Source of the DNA: Octopus vulgaris
Lineage: Eukaryota
Direction of reading: 5' to 3'
DNA length: 64,000 nt
Assembly: GCA_951406725.2 (NCBI GenBank)
Contig: OX597821.1
Span: 15,190,001 to 15,254,000 of the forward strand
In this document: positions 44,562-57,251 of the stretch, one piece after another
Layout: each line of letters opens with the position of its first letter
How positions within the stretch are numbered: the first letter of the stretch is position 1
Program-made: the position numbers and the translations under genes
The notes under the pieces: generated by a model
The model's input: the letters and a program-made list of their open reading frames with translations, nothing else
What the model was told of the DNA's origin: nothing
The model's database searches: none

Positions 44562-45063
44562 TGGTGGCTGCCCCCTCGTTATCGAGTATGGCCATTCCAC
44601 GAAGCTTAATCAATGTTGTTATCGTGCAATGCCTGTGCCAGAAGATTTTTTTTTAAAGTGAGGAAAGGCTGTGCACTGAGTCAATCCCACTTACTAAGCA
44701 AAAGCAGCCATAATCCAAAAAGAAAAACAAGTCAGCATCATCGGTAACCACTGAGCCGCAGGTTTTATGTCGGAGTTATCCCAGTTACCTTCTCCTAGAA
44801 GGATGCCCTAACAAAGGCTAGGAGTCCTTCACTCCCAATGGTTTAACCGCGCGACCGGGTATTCAGTCCGATTATTTCTATGTCCCCGCGCATGATACAG
44901 CCTTAAGACATTTATTGGATGGCCGTTGACTCTCAAGAATTCCTCCGTCTTTTGACGGGTTTCGTTTTTCATCCCGCAGTGTGTCAAATAAACACCCTCC
45001 TCACCAAGCAAGTTTGGTGGGGTTGCCAGTTTAGTCGCCAACGACCCGACCATGCAACAGGCT
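44562..45063 (-). mobile_element. Non-autonomous RTE-derived element (5'UTR-like part fused to 3' end)
   Basis: Minus: gcctttgttagggcatccttctaggagaaggtaact..aaaacct and terminal catactcgataacgagggggcagccacc resemble RTE/BovB ends (from recall); no ORF. Confidence 0.45.
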
Positions 45064-45665
45064 GTATATACATAGATACATACATACATACAGCCGAACA
45101 TGTCAACGGTTTACAAGCATATCCGCACTAATATAGAAATATGAATCCATCGGCTTTTAGTTTCTAAATAATTTATAATTAATTCTAAAAGCATTATGCC
45201 AAACGGGAAGTAATATAAAATTGCTTTAATGCAGTGGCAAGGCCTGCTATTTGGTGGGTGGGAAAGTCAATCATACAGAACATTGTACTATACTATACTA
45301 TATAGAACATTATACTATCAATCCTGGAAGAATTAAAGTTGAACGGCATTTGATTTGAAATCATAGTACAAAATGCTCTTAAAGGTTTGACAAAATGAGA
45401 GTGATACTGTAAAATCCAGACTTAAAATACGCATGATAATTGAATTTTCAGACTGAGTCTTTCAAGTCGATATCACAGCATGGACGTATTCCAATAACAG
45501 AAACAAGTAGAAAAAAGCTACAATAGTAAAAAATAAGCTCATGAAATGGATGCGACATATGAAAAACCTAATACAAACACATACATATACAGGTACCCAC
45601 AGACAAGTGTCTGTGTATATATAATAACGCATATATATACAGGTAAATGGATGTACATGTACCTA

Positions 45666-45718
<53 letters not shown>

Positions 45719-45801
45719 CATACGTTTGTATGTGTATATACGTGTATATATATACACACACACATATATATATATATGCATAAATACATACATACACAGA
45801 C

Positions 45802-45836
<35 letters not shown>

Positions 45837-46189
45837 CACATTTATATATATGTATATATAAAATGGATAGATATGCGTACATTTGTATGTAAAACCAAAT
45901 TACCCGAATCTGTAGGCGTCATATAGTTTACACTTAGTGCACAGTAGAAGAATTAAAATGCATAAAATGCCTCGATATCAACCCTGTTGCCATATGAATT
46001 ATTCAAAGCATAATTCTGCCTCGACGTTTATTAGAAAGCGACATACTAAAATCCTATAGATAATTAGAAACTGATCACAAAATCATACGCAATACGCATA
46101 TATTATATGCGATGAGGTTTCAGAGGAAATGTATTTCTTCGTGTGTATATGATGTTGCGCACAAATAATATCATACAAAACACATACAA

Positions 46190-47806
46190 GTTTTGAAAGG
46201 GAGAGATTTATTGATACCGTCTTCCCAAGTACTTGACTGGAACTATATTTTATCGACACCGAAGGGTCGAAAGTTAAAGTTTAATTTCGGCAGATTTTGA
46301 AACTCCGACCGTAAAGATATGAAATACCGCTAGACATTTTATCCAACGATCTAACGATTACACCGGCACATAAATAGAGACCCCCTTCGGTCATTACTGA
46401 CCATGGGATTGCACCTAGAAAGTTACCCTCTATTGCACAAGTCCGGGAAAGGTTTGTGGAAGACCAGCAGTAACCCATGCATACCGGCCTTCCCTCTCCA
46501 CGCCACAAGTGTTATCCAAGGGAAAGGCAAATGCCGATACATCTTGGCACCTGTGACGTCGCAACACATTTCTACAGCTGAGCAAACTGGAGCAACGTGA
46601 AATAAAGTGTCTTGCTCAAGAACACAACACGCAGCCCGGTCCGGGAATCAAACTTACAACCTCACGATCGTAACCTCGACGCTCTAACCACTAAGCCATG
46701 TGTGTCCACTAAATAATACTACTAGCAACGACAATAATAATAATTCCTTCTATGTTTGGGAGAAGTCCAATAGTATTCAGGGGACGGAGAAATCGCGTAC
46801 ATCAGCTGCAGTGTTTGACTGGTAATTATTATATCGAACTCGAAATGATATGATGGAAAGTAGACATCGGTGGGATTTGGACTGGAAACCTAGTTAGTCG
46901 GAAGAAAATACCGCTAGACTTTTTGTTTCCAATGCCTAATGGTTCTGTTTGCTAACTGCATTAATAATAATTATAAAAATGGTTTCAAATTTTGGTTCTA
47001 GGCCCACAGTTTTGTGTTTGAGGTAACTCGATTATATGCACCCCATGTCTCAACTGATAGTTATTTCAACGATCTTGAGAGAATGATAGGCAAATTTGAC
47101 CTCGGCGGGATTTGAACACAGAACCTAACGATTCAGCAGAAATTCTGATGTGTGAATGACTCTGCTAGGATTAGTAATAATGGTTTCAAATTTTGCCACA
47201 AGGGGAGCAATTTTGGGGGTTGAGATGAGTCGATTACATCAATCCCGGTATTCACCTGGTGCTTATTTTATCGACCCCGAAATGATAAAAAGCAAAGTCG
47301 ACCTCGACAGAATTTGAACTCAGAAAGTGGTGGCGACAGACGGAGTGTTAACGATTAAGCCTGCTCACCGCCTGAAATTTGAAGGAGGGGAATAGTCTAT
47401 TACATCGACGTCAAGTGCTCAACTTGCATTTATTTTGTCGACCCCGAAACTATGAAACATCGACCCGGTGGAATTTGAACATAGAACGTGATGGAGACAG
47501 ACGGAATGCCGCTAAGTATTTAACACTTCGTGCTAACGATTCTGCTATCTCCCCACCTTATTATTATTATTATTATTATCCCTAATAATCCTTTCTACTA
47601 TAGGCACAAGCCCTGAAATTTGGAGGGGAGGCGGCCAGTCGATTAGATCGACCCCAGTGTACAACTGGAACTTAATTTATCGATCTCGAAAGGGTGAAAG
47701 GCAAAGTCGACCTCGGCGGAATTTGAACTCGGAACGTAGCGGCAGACGAAATACTTGGGAAGCATTTCACCCGGCGTGCTAACGTTTCTGCCAGCTCGCC
47801 GCCTTA
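46190..47806 (-). mobile_element. Head-to-tail cluster of about six SINE family C copies
   Basis: Units at ~46190, 46745, 46981, 47181, 47375, 47588, all same strand, mostly separated by short AAT runs. Confidence 0.8.
46376..46709 (-). mobile_element. tRNA-derived SINE family D inserted in the cluster
   Basis: Head tggcttagtggttagagcg..gtttgattcccggacc, core cttgagcaagacactttatttcac; degraded relatives at ~8510-8615 and ~60378-60500. Confidence 0.8.
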
Positions 47807-48328
47807 TTAATAATAACGATAATAAGGATGATAATGATAATAATAATAATGATAATAGAATTTTTGGTGGGGAATGTAGAGAAGCTTTAAATAAAAGCAT
47901 GTAAATATCTGGTTTATAAAGCCTTTTCGATAGAATACTAAAAAAACTCCACGCATACTTCGAACTCATATTTCTAAACATTAGAGTCGTCCTACCGATG
48001 GATCAAAGAAGTACTTCGCCACTCTCTTTGAATTTTAGAGACTTTTTCATGCCAACCAGAATTATTTACTCTTGGCATCAGAAGAGTTTATAAACTTCAA
48101 AAATATCTTGAAAGAATTATTGATTTGGAACCTTGAATTCTGAAGCAAAAAACCTAATATAAAACTTATGGAAAAAGTCGGATTTTGCAGGTACGACTCG
48201 AGCACGCAGCTCTTCTAATCATGACAGGAGTTCTTCCAAATAAGAATTCGGTTAGGTAACATATATCCTTGGTATTTTACAGGAAATAAAAGCAATCCCA
48301 TTCCTGAAGCCTGATTTGTCAGCACATA

Positions 48329-48722
48329 TCTTTATATATAAAAGTGAGGTTGTGTGCTGTCTGTCTCCTACGATTCAGATTCCTAACTACTCCTACATTT
48401 TGCGGTGCAGTTTAACCAAAACCGGGTATCTTATAGTCGTGATTCATATAGAGCTCTTCTGAGTATTAGCACACATCTACGATGAGTCTACGATTTTAAA
48501 AATAATTTACCATAATTTTTTTTCATTTTAATGCATTTTTGGCATATATAAGGGAAGTAACTCCCTAAAAATTTATTATTAAATCTCAGAACGTAAAAAG
48601 CTACAGTAACATCTCCCTTTGTGGTTAGCCATATTGAGATGGCTATTATACATTACATCTCTAAAAATGCTTATATAGTTATTTCCCTTACAAACCCGAG
48701 CAACGCCGGGCGATACTGCTAG
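48329..48722 (+). mobile_element. Non-autonomous Helitron
   Basis: A|TC start, subterminal hairpin cccgagcaacgccggg, CTAG|T end, no TSD; three copies in window. Confidence 0.9.
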
Positions 48723-49336
48723 TAGAGAATAAATGCCTTTGATCTAAATGTTTAGTGAATATCGCATGATATTTCACAACTAGAAAATTAAAATAACGTC
48801 ATCTAAGCGATATTTTCTTAATGGTAATGAGATTTGAGAAGCTTACACCTTCATCAAATCAAGATATATCTAATTAATATATTATCTCTCTACGAAGATG
48901 TATTCTTGCTTTGCTTTTGTTTGTGAGATTATGCATATCTGTATATTTGTGCTTTCAAATGTTTTCGCTAATGTGAATTGTAATGAATACGCTGCAATTT
49001 GCATACGGAATTACTCACATGGACACACACATGCGCGCGCGCACACACACACCCTGATTACTAATCGGTGGTCTCATGTGAAGAGATCTTGTTCAAATGT
49101 ACTACATGGAAATGTTGGTGCTCGTCTCCATTTATATCAGAATATATATATATATATATATTACTTTATAAAAATAGGGTTCAGTAAAATAATTTACCGA
49201 ACTTTTTTAGAAACAGCAGCCAAAAACTTAGCTGTTTCTTCTACTGTAAGAAAAATCTCCCAGACAATGCATACTCTGAAATAACTCACACAGGTATAAG
49301 GGAAAAATAACGGAAAATCACATCTATATAAGATCA

Positions 49337-49402
49337 CCTGAGAACAAGCTTGTTTCTGGATTAGTTGACTATAAAGCTCAGCACTTCCTTCATCAGCTCA
49401 AG
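49337..49402 (-). ncRNA. Type I hammerhead ribozyme motif (best-preserved copy)
   Basis: Minus: cttgag CTGATGA a-gga..25 nt..tcc-a GAAA caagcttg TT ctcagg; 6-bp stem I, palindromic stem III, GUU site; within TA-flanked insert 49161-49425. Confidence 0.8.
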
Positions 49403-49422
49403 GATTTCTTCTGATTTGGATT

Positions 49423-49466
<44 letters not shown>

Positions 49467-51499
49467 TCGCGAATTTACAAGAAATCCCGTGAATGAAGCG
49501 ACACTGTTTTCCAAAATGGTGGCGAATACCTTCTCCATGTGATCGGCTAGAAAAAAAATTAAGATACTAGGATATTGTCTTATATTCCTCGCCGTATAGC
49601 GGTTCACCTATTACGCAATCAGTACACCGCGGATTTTTCTGGCTAATATATGTAAATTAGCATCGTGGACTCAGAACATCCGGGTTTCTGCGGGCGATCG
49701 GTATATATGTTTGTTTAGATTTATATCATTTCTGTGGGAGAGTTTCAGTTTCAGTCCCACTGCAGGCAGCCCAAACATTTGATCACTTTAAAGACCTCAT
49801 TGAAGTAGGTTACTCAGTAAGAAATCGGCAAAACCTCATCTACTGTCTACGTCGGGAGAGCTCCTGCATACTTAAAAAAAGATAATGTTTATCGCAAGAG
49901 TTAATAGTACCTTTATTCTTATAAATGTACGAACGATTTCATAGCGATACAATATCAAGACACTCTCATATGAATAATAACGGTAAATATAGGTATAAAA
50001 GAAACAAAGAATTTCAGACTTTTTACACAATAACAATTTCCTCTTTCCGTGGAAATCTGTAACTGTCTATGGAAGGTGAAAGTGCGACAAGGACTTGAAA
50101 GCTCATGCCAGTTTATGTAAGTGCAAATGTACAATGCGCACATACATGCTTATGTGTGACTATACTTTACGCAGATTAAATATTTTTTTTTAAATTGAGA
50201 GAGAGATAAAGGACTTAATTATGAAAACAAGGAGGAAGGTAGTAGTTAGATATCAGAAAAGAGAAAACGAAAACAATTTCAGGTATTACATAACAAAAAA
50301 TTGAATATATGTATGGCTATGTGAGTGTGTGTACGAGTAGGCATTAAATTAAGTGCGTGACGAGATATCTCTGAAATAAGCGGCATAGATACGAGAAATA
50401 ACAAATGACATAATGAAGGTGATTATGTGTTTGTTTGTATAAAAATACATATATGTGCATTATAATATATAAATACATACATACACATATGTATGTATAT
50501 GCATATATATACACTCTCACGCACACCCACATACTCACACACACACACGTATATATGTATGCATGTAGGTAGGTGTGTGTGTCTATCGATACCCATCGCG
50601 CAAACGTGTATCCCTGTGAGAGGGTAAAATACTCTTGGATGTCTGCTGTATAAGAATTTACTAGTAAATTGAACACAATCATATTTCATGAAGAGAAATT
50701 TTAATTAACTAAGATTAATTAAATGCAGAATGCTATGGGGAGGTTAGCATCTCTCTTTGGTGATACAGTGACGAATTTGGATTCGTTCCGTATTGCATTC
50801 CATATTTAATGGATTTTAATTATCTAAAATTTCGGGATTGCCTTCTTCACTCTATTTTGACCAGAATAATTAGTCACTTTGAGACTAATTTATTCTTGTC
50901 ATTAAAGGTGTGATTTTAATTAATTATAAACTGGTGGCTCGGCTCGCAAAATCAAATATGTTAGCAGCCATTTTCCTGTTATGTTTTCTAGTAATAGGCA
51001 TTTCCCGATATCTTTCCATATTAATCTCCTGCATTCTTTACACTAATCAATGTTTATTAACGTTAATGCTCCACATCTCTAATCTCTAAGATACAACAGC
51101 CGCAGTTACACTCTTCTTTAATGTTAAGTCTTACAGTAACAACATTCGTATGTGTTATATTTCATTTGCCACTGTATAGCATGTACATTTTTAAACCGAG
51201 TAAATTATTTGGTTGAAGATTCCTATCCTTCTGTATGGGTGTAATTTGAAAATGACTAAAATTTATAGCTTATTGTATTTTCTGAAGTGCAAGCGAAGCT
51301 ATGCGCATATGAAACACGGTTAACAAACACATGGTTCCGGGTTCAGTCTAACTGTATGTTGGGCACATGCTTTCTACTTCACTTGTTATCACTTACTTAG
51401 CAACAACTACAAACAGTCACTCAGACATATAGTGGATGCCTTCACTGATTCCTACGTGTGATCGTTCAATTAAATACATGGACTCTTTATTCATTGAAT

Positions 51500-53423
51500 T
51501 AGAATCTTAAGTGGATAAGTATTTGCCTGTCTTATAGATTCAGCGTTACACAACCCCCACCTCATGCGATATATCATAGACAAGTTGGGTAAAGAAGTTG
51601 ACATGGGTGAGGCCCTAATCAAACTGGATCAATCTAAGGTCTTTGATAGGGACGAGCACCAATGTTTGGTGGCCGTTCTCATTATGGCGGGGTTCAGTCC
51701 CGTTTTCTATGGCTAGATTACCGCAATGTACAGCAACATCTAATCGGTAGTTCGTGTGAATGGTTACCTAGAGGACTATTCAACTTCATCCTCTTGGTGT
51801 ATCAACAGAGTCCACTCCTCTCTTTTCTATATGTACTGGTTCTAAAGACACTACTGCAGAAATCGGTAGCATTGAGTGGCCTCTCGCGCGAACTAGAACG
51901 TTCAGAGGCATTTCGTGCGAACAGTATCGGCGTACAGAGACAACATCAGCTTCATAGTGTTGAACACCAATGGAAACGGTAACAGGAATAAAAATTAACC
52001 AAAATAAGTCAGTGGTCCTGCAGCTCAGTACCTATAGAGGCAAATCCATATTGTCTAATAACGTCGTAGAACACTGAACAGAGAAACCGGTTAAATTTCT
52101 CAGAGTCTGGTTTGGCCCAAATCTCCTGTTGGAGAGGAACTGGAACATGGTGACGAGCAGGGTGGCCAATCTAACCCGGAAATGGGTCGAGAGTAAACTT
52201 TCTATAAAAGGTTGGTCAGAAGTAATAAGTTCTTACATTGGCTCTATTATATATGAACGTCTAACCGTCTTGCCTTGCCCCAAGTTGCACCTGACCAAAC
52301 TGGAGCGTATGTTCTTCCGTTTTATGTAGAAGGATCGTGTCTCAAGGGTCAGACGCTCCATTTACAGTCAACACTCGCTGGGCGTAGGGCTGGGAGCGCC
52401 GTGTCTGCTGATGCGCAGACATACTGAGGCTATATCTCAAGAATTTTATTGTGGTGAGTAGGTGTGGTTGTTATTTGTCAGACAGCATTTTTCACTGAGC
52501 AGCAGTCATGGATCAAGCGTAGAACAAGACAGGCGCTAGGCACCTAAATTGTCGTCAAGCGGTCACAATCTGCTGTCAGACGGGCAATCTGTCATTCTAC
52601 CGAGGCTTAGTGGCGGAAAATGCGGCGATGTTCGCGGGGAGATTTTGGGCGTCGATGAAAATGAGTGAGCTTACGGGACGGGGCCCATGGATAACTTACA
52701 GAAATCGCTAGCCTGACAGTACTAAGATGGGGTGCATTGCCGGCTGGGAATAAGCTCTACAGGCATGGACATGCTGTCAGCTAGAGTTGCTTCAAGATGC
52801 GCTCAGGGCGACGAAAATGCTCTGCGCACTCTCGTCCAGTTCCCGAGTATTGCTGACCGGTTTTTGTTAAAACCTGTTATCACGTCAAGAAAAGATCCGG
52901 CTATTAGCTGAGTCATTTGTGAAGATCGGCCCGCTGCCTTCTTTGGCCGAGAAGAACAGACAACGTTTCCTTGCCTGGTTGCCTTAGCGAAGGAGGTTGT
53001 GCGATGGACCAGATTGAAAGAGCAGAAGGTTGATACTTCTCACTTTGGCCAAGCACTCATCAAGTGTTTCACGTTTCACTTGAAAAAGAAAATCATGGTA
53101 GAGAGGGAAGTGCGACATCCCAGCAATTTTGTTGACAGGTGTGTGAATGTTACAAGAATGGTCCAAGTGTACAGGCATATTCTAAGCGTACGCATATAGA
53201 CGTGATGGAGAGAGCATTTGCCCTACAGGTCAGGTCCTCTATGTTTTAGTAGGGTTTCCACGAGCAGTTCATGGAATCTCCTTCGTCTGGAAAATTTGTC
53301 ATTGTTAAAATATATCTTTTCCACGCTTCACGAGACCCATGTATGTAAACCCTCTTTGTATTCTCTTCTACCATCCCGAATATTTTTTGTGTTTTTTGAA
53401 CCGGTTTTGTTTGTTAAAGAAAA

Positions 53424-53424
<1 letters not shown>
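51500..53424 (+). mobile_element. Degraded L1/Tx1-clade LINE ORF2 pseudogene
   Basis: LIKLDQSKVFDR.EH, VVRVNG, KINQNKS, KFLRVWFG, W...KLSIKG, KLERMFFRFM; many stops. Confidence 0.85.
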
Positions 53425-53463
<39 letters not shown>

Positions 53464-53481
53464 GTTGTTGTTATTATGTTA

Positions 53482-53685
53482 TTAAGACAGCAAACTGACG
53501 GAATTGTTAGTAGTCCAGACAAAGTGCTTGGCAGCATGTCACCTGTCTTTAACTTCAAATTCCGCTGAGGTCAGCTTTCTCTCTTACTACTTCGAGTTCG
53601 ATAGAATAAATACCAGTTGAACACTGGGGGTCAACGAAATTGACAAACTCCACCCTCAAAATTGGAGACCTTGTGCCTATTGTAG
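53482..53685 (+). mobile_element. SINE family C, diverged
   Basis: ttcaaattccgctgaggtcagcttt..taccagttgaacactggggg..ccttgtgcct. Confidence 0.7.
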
Positions 53686-53717
53686 TGTGTACATATACAC
53701 ACGTAAATATTTCATTT

Positions 53718-53790
53718 CCTTGTCCAGGAGTCGAAACCACTCTCTTACGATATTAAGTACAAAACGCTAACTACTAAACCATGCGACTCC
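53718..53790 (-). mobile_element. Isolated tRNA-like SINE head
   Basis: Minus: tggtttagtagttagcg..ggtttcgactcctggac. Confidence 0.5.
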
Positions 53791-54264
53791 ACTATTACTG
53801 AAAATGCTATTATTGTTATTGTACTGAATGATTAATGATAGTAAATTAAAAGTGTCGCAAAATATAACAAAAATGCAAGAGATAATCGAATGTTTTAAAC
53901 ATCATTGAACTATTGGAGAACTGTCTGGAATGTTTTTTTTTGTCTCTGGAATCGAATCGAATTCGAGCGACATACTTGTTTCCATTGAACTTTATAAGGC
54001 TTCAAATAAACGCCGACGCTTTCACAGAGTGAATTAATTTATGGAACAATACTGGTTGTACCAGCACGACCAACATCACCATCATCATCGGCAATATCGC
54101 CAACGACAGAAGCACCAGCAGTGGTTGTAATAGTAAAAAAAAGAAGAAAAGCATGATTATAGTGCTGCTGCAGCTGCTGCCGCTGCTGCTGCTACTGCCT
54201 CTGCTGCTGCTGATAATAATAATTATGATAATGGTGGTGGTGGTGATGATGATGATGACAACAG

Positions 54265-54730
54265 CAAGAAGAAGACGAAGAAGGAGGAGGAGAAGGAGAG
54301 GGAGGGGGCGAAGTAGAAGGAGGAGAAGAATAAGAAGGAGAAGAAGAGAAGAAGAAGAAGAAGAAGAAGAAGAAGGAGGAGGAGAGGAGACGAAGAAGGA
54401 GGAGAGGAGAAGAAGAAGGAGGAGAAGAAGAAGAAGAAGAAGAAGAAGGAGGAGGAGAAGGAGACGAAGAAGGAGGAGAGGAGAAGAAGAAGGAGGAGAA
54501 GAAGAAGAAGAAGAAGAAGGAGGAGCTGAAGGAGGAGGAGGAGGAGAAAAAGAAGGAGGAGGAGGAGGAGAAGAAGAAGAAGAAGAAGAAGAAGGAGCTG
54601 AAGGAGGAGGAGGAGGAGGAGAAAAAGAAGGAGGAGTAAAAGAAGGTGCAGCAGTAACAGCAGCAGAAGAAGAAGAAGAAGAAGAAAAAGAAGAAGATGA
54701 ATAAAAGGGAGAAGAAGAAGGAGGAGGAGG
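54265..54730 (+). repeat. (GAA/GGA)n polypurine tract
   Basis: Direct reading. Confidence 0.95.
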
Positions 54731-54987
54731 ATTAATAGCAAAGAATGTTACGAACGAGAAAACGTTATTTAAGCTCACCTCTAAGTCGAGTGAATAAATG
54801 ACTGGATAAAAGATTGGCAAAATACACTCGGATGAACGTGAGTGAGGATTGGATAGTAGAGGTCTTTTGACATTAAAGAAACAAACAGATTTAAAGCGCA
54901 GTGGGGAAGGAACACAGATCTTCAGTGTTTAAAGGAAAGGTGAAAAAAAAATAGGGGACGAGTGTATAGCCATTTTGAATCACAGGA

Positions 54988-55027
54988 ACTTACCTGAAAA
55001 AGAAAGAAAAAAAGAGAAACGTTAGTT
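54988..55027 (-). promoter_or_regulatory. Candidate recursive splice site (branch point, polypyrimidine tract, CAG|GTAAGT)
   Basis: Minus: aactaac g tttctctttttttctttcttttt cag|gtaagt; junction 54994/54993. Confidence 0.6.
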
Positions 55028-55294
55028 AATTGTAAATGACTTTGAAAATAATTACGTAAATGTCAGGTAATAATCAATGAACATGTATTTAATGGTAGAA
55101 AAATCAATGAACAGTATATTTGTTTCAGAATAAAAAATACGGGTTGAGTCAAAGAAAATGTGGGTGATTGTCCGCCTCAGATGTGGAACACTACTGCGCT
55201 CGTTCGTGAGTAATCAGTGTGAATTCATCCTACGTCTCTTTCTGAGAATTATATATATGTATATATATGGGAACGAAATGCAAAATATGTATAT

Positions 55295-56218
55295 ATGTAT
55301 ACATGTATACGAGGGAAAGCAAAACGTGGAAACTTTCAGACGATGAATGTCTTTATATATAAAAGTGAGGCTGTGTGCTGTCTGTCTCCTACGATTTAGA
55401 TTCCTAACTACTCCCACATTTTGCGGTGCAGTTTAACCAAAACCGGGTATCTTATAGTCGTGATTCATATCGAGCCCTTCTGGGTATTAGCGTGCGTCTA
55501 CGATGAGTCTACGATTTAAAAAAAAAATTACCGTCATTTTTTTCCATTTTTAATTCATTTTTGGCATATATAAGGGAAGTAACTCTCTAAAAATGTATTA
55601 TTCAATCTCAAAACGTAAAAAAGCTACAGTAACACCCCCCCCTTTGTAGTTAGCCATATTGAGATGGCTATTATACTTTATATCTCTAAAAATGTTTATA
55701 TAGTTATTTCCCTTACAAACCCGAGCAACGCCGGGCGATACTACGAGTTTAAGTATAAATATATAAATATTTATATTAATAGATTCAACTTACACTGAGT
55801 ACAAATGACAGAGAAAATTAAAAAGGTAGAAAAAAGCTGTTATAAGTCTAACAGCTGTTTCCGGGCCTCGGAGAGTATGTGGCCATAATGGAAGCAATCA
55901 ACATTGCACTCCTTCGCAATTGGATCTGAAAAGTAAGATCTTTTGTAACCTGGTGATGGACGCTCATTCTATCCAATATTAATTGCTTCCAATAAGACCG
56001 CATATTGTGATGAACTACATCTACCAGCATTTTGATGGATCTCCGAGCCCCAGAAACAGCTGTTGGACTTTTAACAACTTTCTTCAGCTGCTTTAATTTT
56101 CTGTCATTAGTATCTTGTGAAAGTTGAATCTCTTAATATAAATATCTATATGTTTATACTTAAATACTTACCATCTGAAGGTCTTCGTTTTGCTTTCTCT
56201 CGTCCTGTATGTATACAT
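55295..56218. mobile_element. PLE-like fold-back element whose left arm is split by a Helitron
   Basis: 55295-55349 plus 55748-55874 is the reverse complement of 56040-56218; GAAAcagctgTT hammerhead 3' half in both arms. Confidence 0.75.
55350..55747 (+). mobile_element. Non-autonomous Helitron (same family as 48329)
   Basis: TC start, same body and hairpin, end mutated to ctacgag. Confidence 0.9.
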
Positions 56219-56224
56219 AGTCTG

Positions 56225-56431
56225 TACTCCTTTACTTGTTTCAGTCATTTGACTGCAGCTATGTCGGAACACTGCCTTTAGTCGAGCAAATGGACCCCAG
56301 GATTTATTATTTGTAAGCCTAGTACTTATTCTATCGGTCGCTTAGGTCGAACCGCTAAGTTACGGGGACGTAAACACGCCAGCATCGGTTGTCAAGCGAT
56401 GTTGGGGGATCAAACACAGACACAGACACAG

Positions 56432-56502
<71 letters not shown>

Positions 56503-56658
56503 TACGACAGGCTTCTTTCAGTTTCCGTTTACCAGATCCACTCACAAGGCTTTGGTCGGCCCGAGGCTATAGTAGAAGACACTCGCCCAAAGTGCCACGC
56601 AGTGGTACTGAATCCGGTTGGTAAGCAAGCTACTTACCACACAGCCACTCCTGCGCCT
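56225..56658 (-). mobile_element. SINE family A
   Basis: Matches 26749-27166. Confidence 0.9.
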
Positions 56659-57251
56659 ATACGTATTTTATATTTCATACGCGAACATTTAGCATATCTA
56701 ATTCATTTATCTGCATAATTGCCTCTACATCTGCTCAACTCGATCCCTCTTATAGTCACTCTTTACCTTGTGGAGCTAATCCACTGTAAAGACAGCGGAG
56801 TCTAAGTTTGAATCATTTAAGCACTACTAAGTGAGAATCTCTGGATCACATCTGTGGACTAAATATATAATAGTTAAAACAAGACAGATGGGAACTATGC
56901 GCAACACTCTCAGAATTCATCTGTAGAAACTTTTCAACGCTACAAAACAGCATATAGACAACGCGTTTGCGAAACACAGAACATATTTCTATGAAAATTA
57001 ATGATCACTTCGACAGGCAGAAAATGATGTTTAATAGAGCATCCTAATTAAAAATAGGCAACGTAAAACCCAGCTTCTAGCACAGTTTAGAAAACACTAC
57101 ATAATATTATGATATTAAAATTCTTATCTGCAGTACATCAGCATATACATAAAACCGGCATACTCACTCACTGTCTGAAAATATATGTATATGTGTGTGT
57201 GTGTTTACACACACACATGAAAATATATATGGGTGTATGCACTCACACACG

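Noticed and set aside
46190-47806. Regularly spaced repeats suggestive of a CRISPR-like array
   Set aside because: Units are ~200-bp diverged SINEs in eukaryotic DNA, with no unique spacers or cas genes
49580-49700. Possible pogo/Tigger-like MITE end (CpG-rich cgcggatttt motifs)
   Set aside because: No matching second TIR or TSD found
54002-54820. 272-aa, 183-aa and 172-aa low-complexity ORFs
   Set aside because: Arise from a stop-poor GAA/GGA tract; no domain content
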